IMG/VR virus record: IMGVR_UViG_3300035562_000054
Span: 1 to 47,026 of that record
Length of the DNA stretch: 47,026 nucleotides
Direction: 5' to 3' (one strand)
Origin: a virus
Lineage: Duplodnaviria > Caudoviricetes
In this document: positions 15,590 through 23,487 of the stretch, one piece after another
Position numbering within the stretch: position 1 is the stretch's first letter
Layout of the letters: each line of letters opens with the position of its first letter
Program-made: the position numbers and the translations under genes
The notes under the pieces: model-generated
The model's input: the letters and a program-made list of their open reading frames with translations, nothing else
Databases searched by the model: none
What the model was told of the DNA's origin: nothing

Positions 15590-16830
15590 TTTCATAACGT
15601 GGAGTTGTTGCGTTAAGCAGGTTTGTTTTGCACCAGGGTAGTAGTGGCCGCAGGGAAAGACCGCCAGACGTAAACTGTAAAAACGGTGAGATGCCAGCAC
15701 TCTCGACGGCAGTGACAGCCGGAAGTAGACGGCCGCTGGGCGACTTGAGCGTAATCGAGTAGGGGATGTGCCACCCGTAGTTTAGGCGCTGACAGCTGGA
15801 AAGACAGCGCCACAATCAAAGTGGGTGTTTTGGCGCTCTTTTTGATTGTGGTGACTAAAGCCCGGTGATTCTGTTTCCAGAGTTCAGGACCATGCAGGGG
15901 AAACCGTCAGCATGGGGGCGGGAGGGAAACGCCATTACAGCCGCCTGAAAGGGGGGCCACCACAAACTAACACTACGCCCGGAGACGGAGACGACAAAGT
16001 AACCTTATTGGCGAAACGTCCAAGCACCTAAACCGGCAATGTGTGCAGAGGACGGAAGGCAGATGCCGTGACGGCTGGGAGAGACCAGCACACAACAGGC
16101 AAGAGCATTACACCGGATATATGGACAGCAGCTGTGTTACCGCCGCTGGTGGCAAGGTAGTTAGGTCGCAGAGCCCGCGTAACGGCCCACGCGTCGTAAG
16201 GTGGTCAAAGGTAGTGCTCTTACCGTTGTGATGTGTACAAGCGTACTGCACCGCAGGCGGGAGGAAGACCGGAAATCGGCTGGGCGGCCACCATACGCGC
16301 CAATACAGTAAACTGAGCGGCCGGAAGTAAGCAGGGGTAGCGCCCTGGTGTCACAACAATAATTCGATTCAGAACGGGTCGCCCTTGTCAGTATGAGAGG
16401 TGTGTTCTGGAGAAGGTGAACGACAAGTAGCCCTCCCTGTCACGGCAGTGAAACCGGTTAAGCTCACTCCCGGTTAAAGAATGCCCCGTGAGGCTTAAAA
16501 GAAGGCCGTCCGCTCCACGTTACGGAGCACATAACCGCATGGGTTCTGCACCATTCATCAGTTGGTTGGGGCCGTCAAGCGCAGTCAGAGCCCAGCCGGT
16601 TATGTAAAGTTTGAAACGATGGCGCGGTTTAATTCCATTTTCCGCGAGTTTTCCCAGGCGATTCCATCTTAAGCCGGGCCGTCCGATGCGCGTAAACGGG
16701 GTAAGCCTAATCCCTCGATAGACACGGATAAAATAGTGCCGGGGCCACTCGCGTTAAGTGGCATCCTCTTACAAGGCCATCCCATAGCCATATTCAAAGC
16801 CCACTAGTTTGCAGCTGGTGGGCTTTTTCA
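15590..16830 (+). ncRNA. Putative cluster of structured non-coding RNA modules
   Basis: No credible ORF over about 1.25 kb; three long bulged stems, repeated GAC.GCYGG..AGAC.GC hairpins and many GAAA loops; ends at a terminator. Confidence 0.6.
16797..16828 (+). terminator. Rho-independent terminator
   Basis: AAAGCCCACTAG-loop-CTGGTGGGCTTTTT. Confidence 0.8.
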
Positions 16831-16852
16831 TTGTCCGCGAGGCAGAATCAGC

Positions 16853-17035
16853 ATGGAAAAACTAACACATGCTCAATTGTTGAGCCGGTTATCACAATTC
16901 AGCGGGGCCCAGCATGAAGCTGCTGCGATTGATGATCATGATTTTGCGCGCGAGTGCGCCGACGTGGTGAGCATTATTAGCGAATTGCTGGAGGCGCGGA
17001 CAAAGTTAGCCGCTGCCTATATTGAGAAGGAATAA
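16853..17035 (+). CDS. Hypothetical protein
   Basis: 60 aa with a GAGG RBS. Confidence 0.6.
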   Translation: MEKLTHAQLLSRLSQFSGAQHEAAAIDDHDFARECADVVSIISELLEARTKLAAAYIEKE

Positions 17036-17197
17036 CCAAGATAGTTACAACATCCTATTGGCAGTGGATAGGATGGAGTCGCCCGCGACACCATCCCCTC
17101 ACATGGCAAAAGGTCCAAAAATAACCGATTTTGATATTGCCGTAATTTTCGGACCTTTTGCCATGTGCGGTGATTAAATGACAACAAGGCTAACCAG

Positions 17198-17800
17198 ATG
17201 AAAATAATTCTTTCCGCTCCTGTACCGGCAATGGCTGAGGCGTTTAAGCGTGTCTTTGAAGATGTTGAGGGCGTTGAAGTTATTGCAGCTCCATTCGAGG
17301 CGATCAGCGAGTTTGATTGTATGGTCAGCGCGGCGAATAGCTTTGGGTTGATGGATGGTGGTGTTGATGCCGCGATTACTGAATTTTTCGGTACGCGACT
17401 GCAATCACGGGTACAGCGTCAAATAGTCAATGATTGGTGTGGAGAACAGCCGGTAGGTACTGCATTCGTCATTGACAGTGGCAATCTGGATCACCCGTGG
17501 TTAGTTCATGCCCCAACTATGCGGACCCCATCCGTTATAGCCGGTACTGATAGTGTTTATATCGCAACTTGGGCGGCGCTGGTGGCTATCCATATTCATA
17601 ACCGTACATCGATAGTTAGCCATCGAATCAATAGCGTGGTTTTTCCTGCTATGGGGGCTGGCTGTGGCCAGGTTCCGTTTGACAGTGTAGCGGCACAAAT
17701 GAAACTGGCTTGGCTAAATTTTAACAATCCGCCATCTGGTATTGATTGGGATTATGCCCTGTCCCGCACCCGAACCGTCATAAAGACGATTCACGGTTAA
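17198..17800 (+). CDS. Macrodomain protein (ADP-ribose binding/hydrolase)
   Basis: DCMVSAANSFGLMDGGVDAAI, LVHAPTM and FPAMGAGCG are macrodomain signatures. Confidence 0.9.
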   Translation: MKIILSAPVPAMAEAFKRVFEDVEGVEVIAAPFEAISEFDCMVSAANSFGLMDGGVDAAITEFFGTRLQSRVQRQIVNDWCGEQPVGTAFVIDSGNLDHPWLVHAPTMRTPSVIAGTDSVYIATWAALVAIHIHNRTSIVSHRINSVVFPAMGAGCGQVPFDSVAAQMKLAWLNFNNPPSGIDWDYALSRTRTVIKTIHG

Positions 17801-17819
17801 CTAAAAAATAGAGGTATAA

Positions 17820-18113
17820 ATGGACATTGCAGCAAAAGATCAAGAATTTAAATTTTGCCTTTCTCAGCTGGTGGAGCTGAATGTAAGTGATGAGTTTGGT
17901 GAGGTTGCCGCTCGTGCACAATACGCACATGGCCAAAATCAATATTGGATTCACTACAAAGCCGCCGATGGTTGCGCGCGTACTGAGTGGTTTACTGAAT
18001 CCCAGCTAAGCATGGTGGAAGATGATCATTATCCCGGCTGTCCGGTTTATGGTGCCATTGAGTTACCTTCTCGCCGTATGGGTATGGATGGCGCTGCTTC
18101 TACGAAGATTTAA
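17820..18113 (+). CDS. Conserved phage hypothetical protein
   Basis: GAGG RBS; FKF.L.Q.V...E.GEV.ARAQY...YKAADG...WF.E pattern. Confidence 0.7.
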   Translation: MDIAAKDQEFKFCLSQLVELNVSDEFGEVAARAQYAHGQNQYWIHYKAADGCARTEWFTESQLSMVEDDHYPGCPVYGAIELPSRRMGMDGAASTKI

Positions 18114-18151
18114 GTAAAACCATCAATATATAAAGATATAAATATATCAAT

Positions 18152-18180
18152 AAAGCCTCGCAATTAGCGGGGCTTTTTAT
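18152..18180 (+). terminator. Rho-independent terminator before the lysis cassette
   Basis: AAAGCCTCGC-AATTA-GCGGGGCTTTTTT. Confidence 0.8.
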
Positions 18181-18204
18181 TTTGCGAATCATCTGGAGGC
18201 CAGG

Positions 18205-18609
18205 TTGGGAATGGTATCGACGGCCACGGCTAACAGCGTGGCAATAACGAGCATGTCTTTTGCATCGTTGCTGGCCAGCACGCCAGCGGGAGTGTACATC
18301 GGCGCATTTGCTGGCGCGGCCGTTTATGTCGTTTCTTCGCCGGATTTAAACCGATTTACACAAATCACTTACTTTGTTGCGTCCTTCTTTCTCGGCATTC
18401 TCGGGGCAAACATGGCCACTGGCATTCTAGCCAAAGCCTTAAGTCAGTATTTGCCTGATGGGGTCGTTATTGAGCCTTGGTTGGGTGCAACGGTTACAGC
18501 GACTCTCGGGGTCCTTTTTCTTATTGCCTTAACGAAGGTTAGTCCCCGCACCCTTATTACTCGCGTTCTCCAACTTCTGACGGGGGGCAACAATGACGGA
18601 AATAAGTGA
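18205..18609 (+). CDS. Putative holin
   Basis: Several transmembrane segments and a GAFAGAAVYV motif; first gene of the lysis cassette. Confidence 0.75.
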   Translation: MGMVSTATANSVAITSMSFASLLASTPAGVYIGAFAGAAVYVVSSPDLNRFTQITYFVASFFLGILGANMATGILAKALSQYLPDGVVIEPWLGATVTATLGVLFLIALTKVSPRTLITRVLQLLTGGNNDGNK

Positions 18610-18916
18610 GTTTGTCCTGATGGTGAAAGGATTCCCCTGGAATGCGTTGCTTTTGGGCGTAAATGCGGTTGCTTGCGCCATCAGTGCCGGGATGCTGGGC
18701 ACATACCAGCGAAATGGGGCAAAGCACAGGGTGATAGGCGGTGTGATAGCCCTTGCTCTTATCGTGGCGTGTGGTTCTGTGACGATCCTTATTGCTACCG
18801 GTCGCTATGTGCACGCAAACCCTGCTGAGACGGTAATTAACGTGATGCTTTGCATTTCGCTCATCTACTCGCACGGCAATGTGATGAAGATTTTCAGACG
18901 GGAAGACCAAAAATGA
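18593..18916 (+). CDS. Phage holin/antiholin family membrane protein
   Basis: Three hydrophobic segments, Y.R.GAKHR and GNV.KI motifs; precedes the endolysin. Confidence 0.75.
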   Translation: MTEISEFVLMVKGFPWNALLLGVNAVACAISAGMLGTYQRNGAKHRVIGGVIALALIVACGSVTILIATGRYVHANPAETVINVMLCISLIYSHGNVMKIFRREDQK

Positions 18917-19542
18917 ATCAATCACAGTTTCAACAGGCTGCTGGTGTTAATGGGGATCTGGCTGCTCGGTGGTTTACTCATATTACCGCGGCTATGCAGG
19001 AATACAGCATTATCAACCCACTGGATCAGGCGATGTTTCTGGCTCAAATGGGGACAGAATCGGGCGGTTATACCCGGCTGGTGGAAAACCTGAATTATGC
19101 TGCTGATAAGCTGGTGGGCGTCTTTGGGGCGCATCGTATTACCCAACAACAGGCGGACCAGTATGGCCGCAGTGGTAATCACCCGGCCAATCAGGAAGCT
19201 ATCGCCAATATCGTTTACGGTGGTGATTGGGGGAGAGCCAACCTGGGCAATACTGAGCAGGGTGATGGCTGGAAATTCCGTGGACGCGGTTTGAAGCAAA
19301 TAACCGGCCGTGAGAACTATCAGAAATGCGGCACGGCCCTCGGGGTGGATCTCTTGTCCAATCCTGACGCGTTGTTACAGGATGATGCGGCCGCTATGTC
19401 CGCCGCGTGGTTTTACGTCTCAAGAGGTTGTTTGAACCATACCGGCGACGTGAAATCTATCACTAAGATTATCAATGGCGGGACAAATGGCCTCGATGAC
19501 CGACAGGCCCGCTACGATAAGGCGAAAGCGGTGCTTGTATGA
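18913..19542 (+). CDS. Glycoside hydrolase family 19 endolysin
   Basis: AMFLAQ...ES.G...L.ENLNY, FRGRGLKQITGRENY and INGG.NGL.DR motifs. Confidence 0.93.
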   Translation: MNQSQFQQAAGVNGDLAARWFTHITAAMQEYSIINPLDQAMFLAQMGTESGGYTRLVENLNYAADKLVGVFGAHRITQQQADQYGRSGNHPANQEAIANIVYGGDWGRANLGNTEQGDGWKFRGRGLKQITGRENYQKCGTALGVDLLSNPDALLQDDAAAMSAAWFYVSRGCLNHTGDVKSITKIINGGTNGLDDRQARYDKAKAVLV

Positions 19543-20087
19543 CAGCCGCGTTAATAGCCTTACTAAAACGAACCTGGAAGCCACTGGCACTCACAATGCT
19601 GGTGGCTTTGTCGTTATGGGGGTTTGGCCACTGGCGTTACACCGCTGGCCAAACTGCTGAAAACCTCGTTTGGTCGGATAAGTGGTCTAAGCGTGACGCG
19701 CAGGACGCCACCACAAAAGCGGCCCGCGAAGCCAGCGAACGTGACGAAGAACAACGTCGACAGATGGAAAACAACAGGATTCGAGAAGATGGAGAGAAAC
19801 AACTCGCTCAGGCTAACGCCGCTGCTGCTAATGCTCAGTCTGTCGCTGGTGGCTTGCAACTCGCCATCCAGCGTACAAAACAACAGCTCGCCAGAAGTGA
19901 AACCGGCCGCATTTCCGCCGTTGCCTCAGAGCGCCAGGCAAGAGCCGATACCGCCGTTCTGCTTGCCGAGCTGTACAGAAAATCTGACGAAAGAGCGGGA
20001 AATCTCTCTCAATATGCTGACAGGGCAAGGATAAAGGGGCTGATGTGTGAAAAGGCTTATGAATCGATAACGGCGGGGAAAAAATAA
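19539..20087 (+). CDS. i-spanin (Rz-like)
   Basis: N-terminal transmembrane segment, long coiled coil, ends AD...I.GL.CEKAY. Confidence 0.85.
   Translation: MTAALIALLKRTWKPLALTMLVALSLWGFGHWRYTAGQTAENLVWSDKWSKRDAQDATTKAAREASERDEEQRRQMENNRIREDGEKQLAQANAAAANAQSVAGGLQLAIQRTKQQLARSETGRISAVASERQARADTAVLLAELYRKSDERAGNLSQYADRARIKGLMCEKAYESITAGKK
19789..20034 (+). CDS. o-spanin (Rz1-like lipoprotein) nested in the i-spanin
   Basis: +1 frame; signal peptide with lipobox LVAC, then a Pro-rich periplasmic part with two Cys. Confidence 0.8.
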   Translation: MERNNSLRLTPLLLMLSLSLVACNSPSSVQNNSSPEVKPAAFPPLPQSARQEPIPPFCLPSCTENLTKEREISLNMLTGQG

Positions 20088-21334
20088 TGGTCACGATCTC
20101 CGGCGTGTTTCTCGATCCAGATGGTGCGGCCGTAGTTGGTGCGGTTATTACGTTTACCCAGCTGAAAAACACTACTGATTCATATTTACGGCGTGACGCA
20201 GCTATGACCACGGCCGATGATGGTTCGTATAGCGTGCAGCTGTACAATGGCCGCTATAAAGTCATGGCGAAGTATCGGAATAACTCTGACGCCAAGCTAG
20301 GCGAGATAAACGTTTCTGACTCCACCGGTCCCGGCACGCTGAATGATTATCTGCTGGTGGGTACGGCTGATGACACGCCCAGCCCGTTATTTATGGCCAT
20401 CGAGAAAATGTATTTTGATATGCTGGCCATGATGGGGGATCTCTCGCACGAAGTTAAATCGGTTGACGGTGTTGAAGCCGATAATACCGGAAACATTGAG
20501 TTAAATGCTTATACACCAGATAACCCTCCACCGTTGATATCTGCCCTTCCAGCTGCTGAGGTGTTGACTGGCGAGGAGTTATTTCCTGTTGTCCAGTCGG
20601 GTGAAACTCGAAAGGCTGGGGTTGAGCAGATAGCTGTGCTGATCCCAGCAGGTCCTAAAGGCGATGCTGGGCCGCAAGGCGAAAAAGGTGATGCAGGGGC
20701 TGATGGCACGAAAGGAGATACCGGCCCTGCTGGTCCTGTAGGTAAAGATGGCATGGATGGTACTCCCGGCGATAAAGGCGAGAAAGGGGACGTCGGTCCT
20801 CAGGGCCCCGCTGGCGAAAAAGGTGAACCAGGTAAAGATGGGTCTGAAGATATTAAAGTAGATCCTAGTGATAGAAATATTCTTACCAACGGGGGTAATG
20901 GATTATTAGTTGATAAATATAACGCGGGATTGGTTGGTGCAGCGGGTGGCAATATTAATACGTCATACAGCAGCGACTTTTCAAAGGATACCGCATTTTC
21001 TGACGCCAACGGTGTTTGGCGATATAAGGCTACCATTCAGTTAAGTCGTGTCCCAGCAGGATACTCCGGGTATCTAATGACAGATATTCAGTTAACGAAA
21101 ATTCCCTGTGATGATAATGGAACGCCAATTATGTTCACGATACAACGCACTGAAACCAGCAAGCTGGTTGGCGGAAACTATCGAAAATTTGTCACAGTAA
21201 TTTTTGTTATAGCTCAAACGCCGACACAGCAAATGGACCCTGGAACTGGAGTGTTAAGCCCTGTCAATGATAGTAGCGGATTAAATTATTCACTGCGTTA
21301 CGTCATGGCACCAGTCGCACCAAATATTGGTTAA
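20087..21334 (+). CDS. Fibre protein: Stf-type N-terminal domain plus collagen-like repeats
   Basis: VTISGV..DPDG...G.YS..L..GRY.V...G.I.V..S.GPGTLNDYL domain; 22 consecutive Gly-X-Y triplets (20651-20848). Confidence 0.8.
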   Translation: MVTISGVFLDPDGAAVVGAVITFTQLKNTTDSYLRRDAAMTTADDGSYSVQLYNGRYKVMAKYRNNSDAKLGEINVSDSTGPGTLNDYLLVGTADDTPSPLFMAIEKMYFDMLAMMGDLSHEVKSVDGVEADNTGNIELNAYTPDNPPPLISALPAAEVLTGEELFPVVQSGETRKAGVEQIAVLIPAGPKGDAGPQGEKGDAGADGTKGDTGPAGPVGKDGMDGTPGDKGEKGDVGPQGPAGEKGEPGKDGSEDIKVDPSDRNILTNGGNGLLVDKYNAGLVGAAGGNINTSYSSDFSKDTAFSDANGVWRYKATIQLSRVPAGYSGYLMTDIQLTKIPCDDNGTPIMFTIQRTETSKLVGGNYRKFVTVIFVIAQTPTQQMDPGTGVLSPVNDSSGLNYSLRYVMAPVAPNIG

Positions 21335-21524
21335 TCTAATCAAGCTCCAAAACTTCGGCGCTATGGCGTTTAATTAAATTAGCTGGTGGTTGTATCTCGT
21401 TATAGATGATGAAGAAAGGGGGGGGCTTCACTCTATTTATTTGACAATAATGTCCACTACTTGTTGGCGATGATGGAGGATAACTCAGCGTTTTATCCGT
21501 AATAACTGATGAATTGGAGTGATT

Positions 21525-21860
21525 ATGTCTTATACAGATTACAAAGTTGTCGTTGGTACTAATGCCGAAGATTTAACTGTTCAGGTTACAGAGGCTATTG
21601 CTGATGGCTATCAGCCGCTTGGTCAGCCTGTTTTGCAATGGGGATCGTTCAACCTTGCTCAAGCAGTGGTTAAAGGATCTGGTGGTGGCGGTGACGGAGG
21701 TTCTTATACGTTGCCTGCTGCTACAGCGGCCGCGTTGGGTGGTGTTAAGCAGGCAACACATCAGGCAGCGTCAACCGCTTCTGACGTGGCGGGTTTGGTT
21801 GCTGATTTCAATGCGGCGTTAACGAAGCTGCAAACCTCCGGCGCGATGGCGTCTAGTTAA
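21525..21860 (+). CDS. Head fibre/decoration-like protein
   Basis: C-terminal YTLPAAT..ALGGVKQA...DVAGLVADFNA.L.KL head-fibre motif joined by a Gly linker to a small N-terminal domain. Confidence 0.7.
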   Translation: MSYTDYKVVVGTNAEDLTVQVTEAIADGYQPLGQPVLQWGSFNLAQAVVKGSGGGGDGGSYTLPAATAAALGGVKQATHQAASTASDVAGLVADFNAALTKLQTSGAMASS

Positions 21861-21981
21861 ATTAGTTGGTCGGTTGTAATTACAACATTTGGATACGCGT
21901 TGTAGTCACATTTCTACATGTTGTAGTCATCTCATAGCCCGACTACAAAAACGGGCTATCAAATGGCCATAAGGATCATGT

Positions 21982-22623
21982 ATGGCGGGTTTAAAAGACC
22001 TTGAGCGCCAATTATTAGCCCTCAAAAAGCAGATCCCTTTTGCGACAGCACGAGCGCTGACCAGCACGGCGCGTAAGATTCAGGAAGCGCAAAAGGATAA
22101 CCTACAAAGCAAGCTGGATAATCCAACGCCTTTTACTGTTAACTCTGTAGCATCCACAGCGGCCAGAAAGACCAGCCTTAAAGCCAAGGTATTCATCAGG
22201 CCCACGGCCGCCGAATATCTGGCCCCCGAGGAGTTTGGTGGTACTCGCCACCTGAGTGGTAAGGCGTTGCTTAACCCCAAAGGGGTCAGGCTCAATAAGT
22301 ACGGCAACCTGCCTAAAGGTAAGTTGGGCAGCCTCAAGGCTAACCCCAATGTTTTTGTTGGGAACGTTGATGGGGCATCAGGCTTCTGGCAACGGAAGAA
22401 GTACAAGCCCGTAAAAGGTAAGAAGAAAGGCAAGCGCTCAAAGAACGGCACGCGCGCACCACGCCGTAAACAACCCAAGCTAAAGTTACTGGTGAGGTTT
22501 GGTGACGCCCAGGAGGCATCCCCAACGCTGGGTTATTTTGAGCTTGCTAATCAGATGGCGGCGGACCTGTTGCCTGGTGAAATGAGCGCGGCGCTATCTG
22601 AGGCGTTGCGGACTGCCAAGTGA
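21982..22623 (+). CDS. Basic virion morphogenesis protein (gpZ/HK97 gp10-like tail completion)
   Basis: KQIPFATARALT.TA...PTPFT.NS pattern, highly basic, located just before cos/terminase. Confidence 0.6.
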   Translation: MAGLKDLERQLLALKKQIPFATARALTSTARKIQEAQKDNLQSKLDNPTPFTVNSVASTAARKTSLKAKVFIRPTAAEYLAPEEFGGTRHLSGKALLNPKGVRLNKYGNLPKGKLGSLKANPNVFVGNVDGASGFWQRKKYKPVKGKKKGKRSKNGTRAPRRKQPKLKLLVRFGDAQEASPTLGYFELANQMAADLLPGEMSAALSEALRTAK

Positions 22624-22695
22624 GCAGAGTGAAAAAATGATTAAACGTGGAACAAAATCATTGATAGGTATGGCGATACCCCCCATTAACTTTTT

Positions 22696-22915
22696 GGGTC
22701 CTTCCAGTGGGGTGGTTGTTCCACGGGCATTGCGAGCGCGTGGTGTTTTACCAGCTATAAATTTTTGAGTTTGTGTCCCATGTCCCATGTGCATATTTAT
22801 GCACAATGAAACGTAAAGCCGCGCCAGCTCTGGAATCGGTAGGTTTTTCCCGTGGGACATTCTCCCGAAGATCCTCAAATGTATGTCCCATCAATGTCCC
22901 AGAGAGAATGTCCCA
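22696..22915 (+). other. Lambda-like cos region (cosQ, cosN, cosB-like repeats)
   Basis: GGGTCCT (22696-22702) equals lambda cosQ; 23 nt later lies the centre of CCACG-GGCATTGCGAGCG-CGTGG; six TGTCCCA copies precede terS. Confidence 0.75.
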
Positions 22916-23487
22916 TGACGACGATGACCAGGATCGATTATGCAAAACATACCGGTGTAGATCGCAAAACGATTAGCCGGTGGATTAAGGCTGGCCGCTA
23001 CATTGTTCTCGATGGTGACGAAATCAACGTAGAGGAAAGCGATAAGGCGCTAGCACTGCTGCGTAATAGCAAAGACGGCCGGACCACTAACGCCGCTAAG
23101 ACTAAATCACCCTCTAGGGTTCCGGTTGTTGATCCTGCTGATAGTGGAACGGCGGCGGCTGTCGCTGCGATCATGATGGCCACCGGCGCGGAAATGTCGA
23201 AGGAAGAAGCCAGCCGGGTAAAAGAGAACTATTTAGCCCTGCTGGCCAAGTTGGACTACGAGAAACAAAGCGAGCAGGTCATAGAAATGGCAGTAGCCGA
23301 AAACTTGTTTTTTGAAGTGTTTCGGGCTCAGCGAGACTCCTGGCTAAATTGGCCGCAAAAGGTAGCTCCGCTGATGGCGGCTGATCTGGATGTTCCCGCT
23401 GACAGAATGACCGAGGTGTTAATAGCACATGTCCATAAACATATTGCCGGACTCGGAGAGCCCGAATTTAACACCGAGCAAGATTGA
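22915..23487 (+). CDS. Terminase small subunit (Nu1-like)
   Basis: N-terminal HTH (YAKHTGVDRKTISRWIK.G), then a coiled coil; directly upstream of terL. Confidence 0.8.
   Translation: MTTMTRIDYAKHTGVDRKTISRWIKAGRYIVLDGDEINVEESDKALALLRNSKDGRTTNAAKTKSPSRVPVVDPADSGTAAAVAAIMMATGAEMSKEEASRVKENYLALLAKLDYEKQSEQVIEMAVAENLFFEVFRAQRDSWLNWPQKVAPLMAADLDVPADRMTEVLIAHVHKHIAGLGEPEFNTEQD

Noticed and set aside
15590-16830. tRNA genes, hammerhead ribozyme or short ORFs (15564-15819, 16043-16231) in the structured region
   Set aside because: I saw no TTCGA T-loop cloverleaf or CTGATGA core; the ORFs lack RBSs and recognisable motifs. A covariance-model scan is still needed.
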